Below are positions 59,401 to 64,000 of a DNA stretch of 64,000 nucleotides, piece by piece. Position 1 is the stretch's first letter, and the number at the start of each line of letters is the position of its first letter. The DNA comes from an uncultured virus (IMG/VR IMGVR_UViG_3300032177_000007). Taxonomy: Duplodnaviria; Heunggongvirae; Uroviricota; Caudoviricetes. Both the position numbers and the translations under genes were made by a program. The stretch lies in IMG/VR virus record IMGVR_UViG_3300032177_000007; one strand, 5' to 3'. A model generated the notes under the pieces. It did not search any database, was not told where the DNA came from, and was given only the letters and a program-made list of their open reading frames with translations.

Positions 59401-60743
59401 TCGGGAACAACGTCTGCAACTATTGCAGTAATTCCTGAAGAATGACCTATAACAACATCATTAACTGCAAACGACTTACCTGTCTGCAAATTATTGTAGG
59501 CTAACGATTTTTCAGGTTGAACAATATTTAATGCCAAGAAAGACCAATTAATTCCATCTGATGTCTTTATAACATAACCTTCCTCAGATATCGCAAGAAA
59601 ATAATTTTCTGTGTAACAGCAATCAATCCATTTTCCACTGATCGGAAGGGTTACTTGAACCCATTCTTTTCCGTCTTCTGAATAGACTGCAACATCACTA
59701 TTATATGCTAAGGTACAGAAGGTTCCTTTGGAAAAGAAACCACGATAACTTGCTGATATTTTAACTGTGGCTTTATCAGCTGACCCTACTCGAAGAGTTT
59801 CATCTGACTGGAAATCTAAGTTAGGGATTCTATTTTTTACAATAAGAGACCCTGAATCAATATAATTTCCTTGAAGGGCGCCACTATCAATAGTAGCTAT
59901 TGCTCCTGAAGTTACACCTGTAACCACATCGCCTTTTTGAAAAGGTTCTAACTGATTAATATAATCTAATGTGAAATGGGTAGGAATAAAGCCAATGACA
60001 CGCCAATCAGCTTTTACTGGCAAGGGACGCTTTACCCATCCTGCCTCACGATCAACATTATAAATCTTCTTAATGAGTACATAATCTACATTAGGGAGAA
60101 TAATACAAAATGATTCACCATTTCCTGCAACAGAATAAACACCCTCAAATGAACGCTTTCCACAATACCACCATGAATTGTCTTTTCTTTTTATATATGA
60201 ATGGTCTTGACCCACAAAGAAATCTACCGCATCAGTTACAAACAAACCTTCATTGAATCCATCGTGCATAGGCAAAGGATTGCCATTATACGAAGGATTA
60301 CCTAACTGACCTGTTTTCTCATTGACTTCTAATTCGCCATTATATTCCTGGTATTTTCCCCATGACCATACTTTACCTTGAACATCGAGAGCTAAACTAT
60401 GATTGATACCTGCAACAGTACGAGACATTTCTGGGGCTTTGCGCTCTAATGTAAGATAATACCCTTCAACAAGATTACTGGGATCTACAATATGTTGCTC
60501 TAAGCCCCAGTGTTCTCCAACAGAAAAAATATCTGGACCTTTTAGTATAATAGGTGAACCTGTAGCGGGAATCTCATCAAGAGGAAAGTTTGTAGTACCA
60601 CCAACAGCATCACGAATCTTCAAAACTTTTTCAGTGGTATTAATCCATTGGTCAACACCAGAATTAATATCTGGGTCAAACTCAAGCTCAGGAAGCTTGA
60701 TAACCATCTCCTGAATATTTCTTAAAATCTTCTCTTCAGACAT
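47403..60743 (-). CDS. Giant (4446 aa) tail fibre/adhesin-like protein with RCC1 blades, BNR-like blades and ~25 copies of a ~65-aa repeat
   Basis: AG..HSLAL...G.VW.WG and G.N.YGQLG (RCC1); S.DG..W; repeated YD.LQ.G..F.VGD.V.G.TSGA.A.V / G.L.L..I.G.F.DNE.L.V.G..IA.V.G. Confidence 0.8.
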   Translation of the reverse strand: MSEEKILRNIQEMVIKLPELEFDPDINSGVDQWINTTEKVLKIRDAVGGTTNFPLDEIPATGSPIILKGPDIFSVGEHWGLEQHIVDPSNLVEGYYLTLERKAPEMSRTVAGINHSLALDVQGKVWSWGKYQEYNGELEVNEKTGQLGNPSYNGNPLPMHDGFNEGLFVTDAVDFFVGQDHSYIKRKDNSWWYCGKRSFEGVYSVAGNGESFCIILPNVDYVLIKKIYNVDREAGWVKRPLPVKADWRVIGFIPTHFTLDYINQLEPFQKGDVVTGVTSGAIATIDSGALQGNYIDSGSLIVKNRIPNLDFQSDETLRVGSADKATVKISASYRGFFSKGTFCTLAYNSDVAVYSEDGKEWVQVTLPISGKWIDCCYTENYFLAISEEGYVIKTSDGINWSFLALNIVQPEKSLAYNNLQTGKSFAVNDVVIGHSSGITAIVADVVPDQAELNYDGAPVAAVQYYKDMLYSRLEYDNAQPVTGDVYKGFDAGQILVGETSGASAVIKYSFRATATIGVVYVDDIHGIFEDDEILLVANEYVANVNSTTSAIRSFKIGDTVKGKWSGTVGAVASSQPLGPTGWLTLIDIAGTFQDIEPLIRNDDGFEFCKADLETLPISIFYKGDVVKGVLSNAHARVVENYYTGILSYDTLQDGKSFNVDDIVYGGTSGTTGKITLVDAPNKKLTLETVLGSFQDNEHLLVDNDFIAKVNGKLIVTSGKLVVDKIVGSFINNEHLEVKSIYLADVDGTLMFKSGILSLGSVSGSFQDDEQLYISGEHVANANGISEDWVGGPITWQTIIGKYHTVIALAKNSSIAVRSTNQGQSFSRVSVPIKRDWASSIACWCPGQINQDSLYFLVFAEGSREYLRSQDGSSWKVYVFSTAGEIGFDTLQYRDWQSGTVKGETTLFAASLTYEKEDSIDRYAGQLTVELDYDTLLSYNSKKSERYVADEKLLSGPSELYVADADGTITGITAFLYVNQCARALRIPFKNGVPALVNALSPGDVLIENISGKSVTLSGIDKRERLTYKNGRQSLSQTSDFHITGKWSGAKASVREIETFYSKTLGYKDLLEKGTLKYDHLESGRSFSPSDTITGQSSGATASVLDMYITEVSVSGILTIGSVSGLFENNEKLLVGGITIAESNGIYKKGFSRGDWVVGRDTGSRGYIIDCDETSSSTGVLKLVQIEGDFDWEDVEEELSVNTLPGVIIATSTGVASDRSEGRLVIADRIGTFIVGEPLVIDEWKTYFADVDQVTQGVFGKLFYQKIDKLDIYGTDGSGNIKRVKGCLHYDNLQPLRNFFIGFIVIGNTSGKTFTVTAVFEDPRTGFEKCGYLFGDEASITEINGMIENEPLRGRVNHFANFDCVDWDELETIFLTNEWAPDFTFYRKNFQEVNEHVCDCEQWSPQVVNPFRRYDIITGNTETARILTSEISSPAAEVSPGTFRALDIEACLYVDQVSGALSGTVIVEDVITGAVCQLGPQMQSKYPSASEIMDPVYGLVKYKNKKGKEFEVADIITGVSSGTRAVITDISDYVALREGWQFYHELAEIGRINFDNIQTGRSFHVNDWVLGNSSKARAEVSYVFDSGNVHVLFLSDFARTQLFYDHLQSGKYFLVGDVIVGATSEARAIVTHIFSDSIGLSSIWGTFQNDEHLQVNGIYIADVNGVLWENLEFLDDEHLYVDGIYIANVNGSIQYGFQEGDGIEVVDKYGTEDPVLPVGQFVDHFKENRGYFILEQQGELLGPVVEVPYKNLIAGEDFDVGFDVVGEESGARGTVLEHEPEVGDLHFFDLEGGASFDIGDQVECRYSGASGKVLNKFSYVTLDYDNLQPDKGFYVDDHVTGMSTAVTGTVQAVIGHQTVNALSFDNYQGVREFYPGEHVIGNTSSAKALIQKVERTGLVGVLWLVSIDGVFQNNEHLHVGNDLYLADTDGIISTTYGYGSLYIKNASGTFVNDEHLNTSHGYIAIVNGAPINNDSGGLLVGNVSLGRGFNCRLLNESIDGEALKGEYSGGIVTVSDSIRAQFLSFKNYQKLAGKVFNVGTLIRGFTSNAEAIILYVDESSLKLRLIDVEGTFQDNEKLLVDDEHVANADGTLWDTLIVDYVNKLNYKSLQPGQVFHISDIVSGATSHQTSIVEYVEDHGGGTGTLVVSNYTGIYIKNENLKVNNVIIATCNTFSIIGDLDVNKTIIGVDSGATALVKEIDPQCWTRILELSCMTSVSYSGTYRDRDNNYAKFGLYELLTSASPDHWGTSYTLATCSGGMSGPLYEVQGVGQVANLSVLSVAVTHPRDGLLLLRNITDTFQNGEFLTVDGYVVAKTRGLVTKETPYGRVLLSEAKKYHTLEPNEWLMSDDDRACAIESNQFFSQNFKHGEAVYIDDVKKARVLYKPQYHFGRLILDDTKGFFHDGETLSLDKGIITFDNLQSGANFKIDGIVRGIDSLAFATLVDYSVDEANKSGSLYLGDIHGEFEIDEEIHIEGSYVGDVASLVDYHNVAIVNAGARGAFIYLSGTLHGWDTTPLLQFFSEEDPPYWMPSEPPAYLYINGVQFAVITSATEMNKGAYLNINNIEGIFEDGEWLEVDGVYIASAKRFGRQICFTPSGQVVQFEDDYERRNWKNATWSRQKGLFLLSEETMENYGSLFIYNLQIHRRCFQGDIIEGETSGAQAEVVGYEVGLDYIVIYKLNDIDFQSKERLFVGDYYIADVFDGDSSDFMVTTSSIQGLMLKQLGINVQGTSWTPDNDVKDFLWTGISTVSPDAPIGLTVAQVTSHLSNYPAEVVHPFDLMPGLDPDETLLDQGWPNYEGMKKLVNSPYLGDLCLMNNGDVWTRGAELFKWSAVAYNSTIFVAFGLNSDKVARGYFEDVLEDELKLKFYERVSAQNFDVGDTVVGHTSGVSGIVSVGTYPTTEPFPDPRSLKAAYIEFQPGTVSGDFLESELLYKNGKQIARVEHWLKTIDKSKLRSSVTYYNLPSSKAWSSVVWNGSVFCAVARNSDSAATSSDGITWLARTLPVIADWNLIVAHGSTLIAFIYQSKTYAVSSDNGVSWGTYSTLPAVGNWSAGASSGSKLVVFSENSNLVVVTTNLVSWTSNGLPYGGLYWSSVVWNGSVFCVVARNSPFVVTSSDGNTWTHVGTFHDINGANSIIAVGSTLYVEYWKSIDNGITWTNVLESSWDSLPIGDTLIGTIYRQADLSDHKKNSLVFICNDGVVKASSLYEYIHCDTVTVTINNDDLDDYTTEAGEWLQITELDNIVDIAAGNKHFLFLDSDGAVYAMGDNQYGQLGNNSTVDSLYPTQITQLASMLIEKIFSEGNKCWGINDSGNVYAWGENQYGELGLNPSLWPVRGPLISTFLQDSIIITESYALKSDGTIWSLEDRKQLWAFIGSCSDLSQKDDEVNFVGSDRMLWTLSESGIPLQKFGERTSVIDMSKAPSDYQALVFDNNTIWGRRCILTGSGEVSEFIWRGDNIIKALIGRHMNLQYFSSQPPGQEARFNSAFSQYCFFLKEDGTVWAKTLLLYDSEEITESYNKAYLGTTDIAFSLISTNGKMLHFNTCLDWEYNLDKPHGQFMLANIPTGIEDVGFTSEVFFGIKSGFTNRGYVSRDGFSWDEVILPFTGDWIIAHYDRIDHYISGIFGGTEYDSYSDMKWGIPLVILARGQGTVLHSEDGVRWNGYFITPIIEQWKKVIAAKEFLESEYATEAHSCTYFAIVDGSVNYFYMSTNIKKWVKKTLPITATWIDLIHIKINNATENVTAFLASDQNKIIYYDWNTGTCTTINLPTRPTGSTWKSLARTYSAQLAALPSKGNKAAVCNYVSSPTTWSECTLPHNATSWNVVLGWTDKKFIIVSIADNKAYVSENAWSGNLPVESSWVEFSLPAGASSYSYVGASRFTPLGLPSILRNHTKTPVQLEGLTGITQISFLYAAYNVHNEKYYGFPVSGMFPMVIKNDGTVWIWSPIELQPRQLTGLTNISQIGVDDEGSADVLAEVVVTAKRIVYYKTKQVGRSFYSPITGETSGAIITSFLSTVLGAASGYLLISSMTGNFIDGERLMVGGQYTANVEGADFSILAVGGNIEGRSSGSTGTITSVTELTKHTARIQLNNVKAKTSYDDPFNPWYYSSTPPGFQNSEILNIVYRSSYDPQEPLRGYIYKTYSGTISSITQYWFRDRYYALKSDGTVWSWTMDRETLEVIESLHQIPKLINIEEIHIGPPNVAINTDRRAYYFRGSDSIGEYVILIPRLGQIKTVSCGGVSDPVQGYYRQGIAIDYDNKVYRFTEWLGDTLADQWDVYWKRFFPVEITERLYDTIRSVFGSANIESIQYVSDRYWAFVDQKGKLYHLQNSLQFPYSETTPAFTELVKYCDYLYYGEKGEWVFTLDLSKVGKIGSFNLGGSITNKYYRISHDRGQTWSDWVNGYGLELILWVGLEVYDSLLQIKYSLEVDPDDWTQSAELNLDIEIQPE

Positions 60744-60750
60744 CGCTTAC

Positions 60751-62718
60751 TCAAATAAGATAGTTAGGCACATCAAGAATAAACTCTGTTACCTGAGGTG
60801 AAAAACACCCCCGTGAATAGAATCTAGTTTTTGCTTTCAAATACACTGAATTAATAGGTAATGACAAAGGAATTTGTGGTATCGTGAAAAAACCACTGTT
60901 AAAGGTTGCACTTATCCATTCTCCCTGAGCAGGATCAGAAGGATTTGTTATATGCTTTGCAGGAGTCTCTTCCCATACAGTAATCCAATCAGACCATGTA
61001 GCACCTTTATTAAATGAAATACAAACGTCAAAAAATAGTTTTGTGTATCCCGCAATAAGACCTTTACATTTCATTCGAGGATTATCTGTTATTCCGACTA
61101 TTGTCAAATCGTAAATTGCAACTCGACTCCCTTCCAACTCATATGAACTAAAGTCTGTATACCATACATCACTCGGATTTCCTGAACCTTCATATACAAG
61201 AGTTGAGGAATTTCCACTATCCTGATCAGAGCGATCTTCAGGGACACTTCCAAATACCTCTATGGTAGGAACAAACTGCCCGTGATTTAATCCATGGCGT
61301 ATTGCTCCTGAAGATATTGTCTTATATATGGGACCTCCCAAAACTCGCTGGTAAAAAATGTTTTTTCCACCTGCGCCCCAAGTCTCTATACTTGTTCCAA
61401 GTGAAACATTCTGAGGTGAATCAAATGTATTATGAGTGGGATAAGTGCTACCCCAAAAGCCTAGTTGACACCAACCATTTGAACCCCAACCTCTTAACTT
61501 ACTATAAGTTGTGTCATAAATAAGACCACTCCACCAGCTTGCGATGATTTTGTTTGCATATACAGGAGTGGTTTTATTAGACTCAAATACTTGCAAAGGA
61601 GTTATTGATTCTTCAATACCAGAAGCAACGCTATCTTTATCTCTACATAATTGTTCGTAGTGATTATCACCCCAACACCAAATTGAGTTATTACTCTTAA
61701 GAGCAATTGAGTGTTGACGTCCTGCAGATACTTTTATCACATTTGTTAACACAGATAAAGATAATCGTTGAAAAACTTTGACAACAATATCTTGACCTTG
61801 TGCAACTCCTACTGCATCTGACAATTGTTTTCTTTTATTACTTCCTGCACCCCAAACTGATCCATCACTTTTAACCAAAAGAGAATGCCTGTATCCTCCA
61901 GAGACGGCGACTACATTTGTCATTGCAGGGACAGCTGTAGGAATCAAGCGATCTTCTAAAGTACCTCGCCCCAACTGACCACTTCCATTCCATCCCCATG
62001 TGTAAACCGAGCCATCATTTTTGAATGCGATGGAATGAAAACTTCCTGCAGCAATTCCTGTTACACTATCTAAAACTTGAACTGGGGTTTCCTGGGGGAC
62101 ATAAGAGTTATTTCCTACTTGACCATAATTGTTTCTTCCCCAGGCCCAGACTGTTCCGTTACTTTTCAAAGCAAGAACATGATAATCACCAGCTGCAACT
62201 TGAACAACATCAATTAACGAAGTAGGAACATAAGTATCACGCTCTTCACGTGTTCCATCGCCTAATTGACCGAAAAAGTTTAGACCTTGACACCATGCCC
62301 TATTATCAGAACGAATGATAACAACTACAGTTTCGCCAATACTTACACCTTTGATTTGATCAGAATCAAGAGTTGATATTTTATCTAGTTCAAGGTATCC
62401 TGCATCAGCATTAATATGCTCGAGAACCCCAAACTCAAAATCAGATTGATCATCTTCGTCGCGATAGAAATCTTGAAATGTTCCAATCAAAGTCTCAAGT
62501 TCAACAGTTCGTTGAGTAGTGTAAGTGCGATGACGGAAAGATCTAAACTTGATGTTAGCTTCGATAACATTGAGCCAGCTGTCAACCAAGGACTCAGGAG
62601 TGGGATCTTCTGGCAAATGTGGGAGAGACATACTTTTTTCAAGGGGCAAGCCAGACTGCCTCTCAACATCCATAAAGCCAGAAATGTTGCTCTGTCTTTG
62701 CCTCTTCAAGAGTGACAT
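60751..62718 (-). CDS. RCC1-repeat virion appendage protein
   Basis: About seven RCC1 repeats (AAG..HS.AL..DG.V..WG.N..GQLG). Confidence 0.85.
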   Translation of the reverse strand: MSLLKRQRQSNISGFMDVERQSGLPLEKSMSLPHLPEDPTPESLVDSWLNVIEANIKFRSFRHRTYTTQRTVELETLIGTFQDFYRDEDDQSDFEFGVLEHINADAGYLELDKISTLDSDQIKGVSIGETVVVIIRSDNRAWCQGLNFFGQLGDGTREERDTYVPTSLIDVVQVAAGDYHVLALKSNGTVWAWGRNNYGQVGNNSYVPQETPVQVLDSVTGIAAGSFHSIAFKNDGSVYTWGWNGSGQLGRGTLEDRLIPTAVPAMTNVVAVSGGYRHSLLVKSDGSVWGAGSNKRKQLSDAVGVAQGQDIVVKVFQRLSLSVLTNVIKVSAGRQHSIALKSNNSIWCWGDNHYEQLCRDKDSVASGIEESITPLQVFESNKTTPVYANKIIASWWSGLIYDTTYSKLRGWGSNGWCQLGFWGSTYPTHNTFDSPQNVSLGTSIETWGAGGKNIFYQRVLGGPIYKTISSGAIRHGLNHGQFVPTIEVFGSVPEDRSDQDSGNSSTLVYEGSGNPSDVWYTDFSSYELEGSRVAIYDLTIVGITDNPRMKCKGLIAGYTKLFFDVCISFNKGATWSDWITVWEETPAKHITNPSDPAQGEWISATFNSGFFTIPQIPLSLPINSVYLKAKTRFYSRGCFSPQVTEFILDVPNYLI

Positions 62719-63233
62719 TAAATCAATCCGCCTTTTAGGACTACTCCATTAGCAGATCCTCCAATGACAGTAATATGTACTCCTACATAAGCTGCTCCTT
62801 GAAGGTCCCATTCAAGTCGAGGGCTTTTGTAGTTGCCACTCGAGGCTCCCATCCTGAACTTTGCTGTCCCCATAGCGGACGTTTTTGTAGTACCAATTCC
62901 AATTACCGTACCACCTACATTGAAAAAGATTGGAGTGATACTTACATCACCATCATTTGCTACATGCTCAACATCTATGATCAACGTAGTTTTGTCACCC
63001 ACGGTAAGTTTGGTGCTGATTAATTCTGCGGGTGAATTTGTTAAATCAATGCTATCGGCGGAAGAAATTGGTGCGCCTACTCCTCGTAGAGTAACTTGTG
63101 AAAGTTCTCGTTGTGCAATATCGATAAGCTGAATTACACGAGCATGGGCTCCACCATCATTTTCCCTTGCATCGCGTGTTGCAACATACTCACCACTTTC
63201 TTGATCAGCGATTCGAGTGGATTTTTCCGCCAT
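62718..63233 (-). CDS. Probable small structural protein
   Basis: Gly/Thr/Val-rich beta protein heading the appendage block; GGAG RBS. Confidence 0.5.
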   Translation of the reverse strand: MAEKSTRIADQESGEYVATRDARENDGGAHARVIQLIDIAQRELSQVTLRGVGAPISSADSIDLTNSPAELISTKLTVGDKTTLIIDVEHVANDGDVSITPIFFNVGGTVIGIGTTKTSAMGTAKFRMGASSGNYKSPRLEWDLQGAAYVGVHITVIGGSANGVVLKGGLI

Positions 63234-63720
63234 CGTGCCGTCTCCTCAAAAGAGCTTTAGCTGTACAAATTCGGAAAATTTTCTCCTCGTCAAGGACTAC
63301 TCCTAAGATTCGTTCTAATTCAGATCTTAAAACAAAATCCCTGCCACCTAGAGAAATCATTTTAATGTCGCTCAGTATAGCGGCTTTTCTAAAACTCTCC
63401 TTCGGAATTCTTGTCAATACAGATGCTTCCTCTAATGTTAACATAAGAGTCATGAGTTTGAACTTTTCACTAAGTGTCAATCTTTGTACAAATCTTTTAC
63501 CAATCTCACTGAATGGAATGGAATGATACCGTGTAAGGAAGTTGGCTATATCTTTAGTAAACTTCCTCGGGAGCATATTACAGTCAATCCACCATCTATT
63601 ATACAAGAAAAAGGAACCATCGAATTTCTGGATTGTTTTATGATACTGGTTAGCATGAAGCTTACACAAAAACTTTAGAATATGCCCCTGAATCACCTTC
63701 ATATCTTCTAAATTGATCAA
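63205..63720 (-). CDS. Protein with C-terminal excisionase-like (HTH_17-type) domain
   Basis: LTLEEASVL..IPK....K.....GGR.FV.RSELER. Confidence 0.6.
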   Translation of the reverse strand: MINLEDMKVIQGHILKFLCKLHANQYHKTIQKFDGSFFLYNRWWIDCNMLPRKFTKDIANFLTRYHSIPFSEIGKRFVQRLTLSEKFKLMTLMLTLEEASVLTRIPKESFRKAAILSDIKMISLGGRDFVLRSELERILGVVLDEEKIFRICTAKALLRRRHDGGKIHSNR

Positions 63721-63739
63721 ATGCTAGAATTAAACACCC

Positions 63740-64000
63740 TCACTCCCCATTTCCATTGAATATACTATCTTTCTCATAATATATAGGAACATTCACCTTT
63801 AGGACACGCATTACCTTTAAAACTTTCTTCGAAACTGTATTTGCTGAGATTTCAATTATCTTGGATATATCTTCTAAAGGAAATCGGGGGTAATTAAAGA
63901 GTCCATGGAAAAGCAGAAAACATAAACATTCAATCACATCGATTTGTTCACTTTCTAATAATTTATATATAGAAAGTTCAACGATACGTCGATAATGACA
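63740..64000 (-). CDS. Partial gene; C-terminus resembles sigma-70 region 4 HTH
   Basis: Frame open to the window end; ...LFHGLFNYPRFPLEDISKIIEISANTVSKKVLKVMRVLK resembles FGL....TLEEI...L.IS...V. Confidence 0.5.
   Translation of the reverse strand, partial: CHYRRIVELSIYKLLESEQIDVIECLCFLLFHGLFNYPRFPLEDISKIIEISANTVSKKVLKVMRVLKVNVPIYYEKDSIFNGNGE

Noticed and set aside
47403..62718. Diversity-generating retroelement acting on the fibre genes
   Set aside because: No reverse transcriptase and no ~100-bp TR/VR pair with adenine-specific mismatches is visible in the window.
1014..63678. Plus-strand ORFs and short alternative-frame minus-strand ORFs in the track
   Set aside because: They overlap well-supported minus-strand genes, lack RBSs and motifs, and are shadow ORFs.
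1..64000. Genome-wide stop-codon reassignment (TGA or TAG)
   Set aside because: Many genes end in TGA with ATGA coupling and some in TAG, and long genes are intact under code 11; only isolated in-frame stops were seen.
1..64000. CRISPR array, complete tRNA, rRNA, integrase or transposase
   Set aside because: No regularly spaced repeats, full cloverleaf or recombinase/transposase motifs were recognised by eye.

Overview
A 64-kb segment of a large tailed dsDNA bacteriophage (AT-rich, GGAG-type RBSs, ATGA/TAATG gene overlaps). Essentially all real genes are on the minus strand; the plus-strand ORFs look like shadows. In transcription order (right to left): a partial sigma-70-region-4-like protein and an HTH protein; a virion appendage block (655-aa RCC1-repeat protein, 4446-aa giant repeat protein, ~536-aa beta-sandwich protein); a GT4 glycosyltransferase; a volactin-like actin ATPase; then a long replication/recombination/nucleotide-metabolism region. 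That region holds a UvsW-like helicase, a short divergent PolA-like protein, a Dcd/dUTPase-fold protein, an SF2 helicase, dCMP deaminase, DnaB, primase, a TGT/DpdA-like protein, ATP-dependent ligase, QueC, thymidylate synthase, a MoxR/VWA pair, a UDG-fused PolA, QueD, a resolvase, GyrB/ParE with two inteins, SbcCD, FolE2, and UvsY/gp32/RecA-like genes. It ends with a probable small terminase and the start of an intein-containing large terminase missed by the ORF track. Highlights: a dispersed 7-deazaguanine DNA-modification pathway with no QueE in the window, nested (matryoshka) domain architecture in the giant protein, two related inteins in both TOPRIM catalytic motifs of GyrB, a second PolA, a CCCC-extended promoter motif seen four times, and in-frame TGA codons in terminase and an ASCH-like gene. 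All family assignments come from motif recognition by eye; no searches were run.
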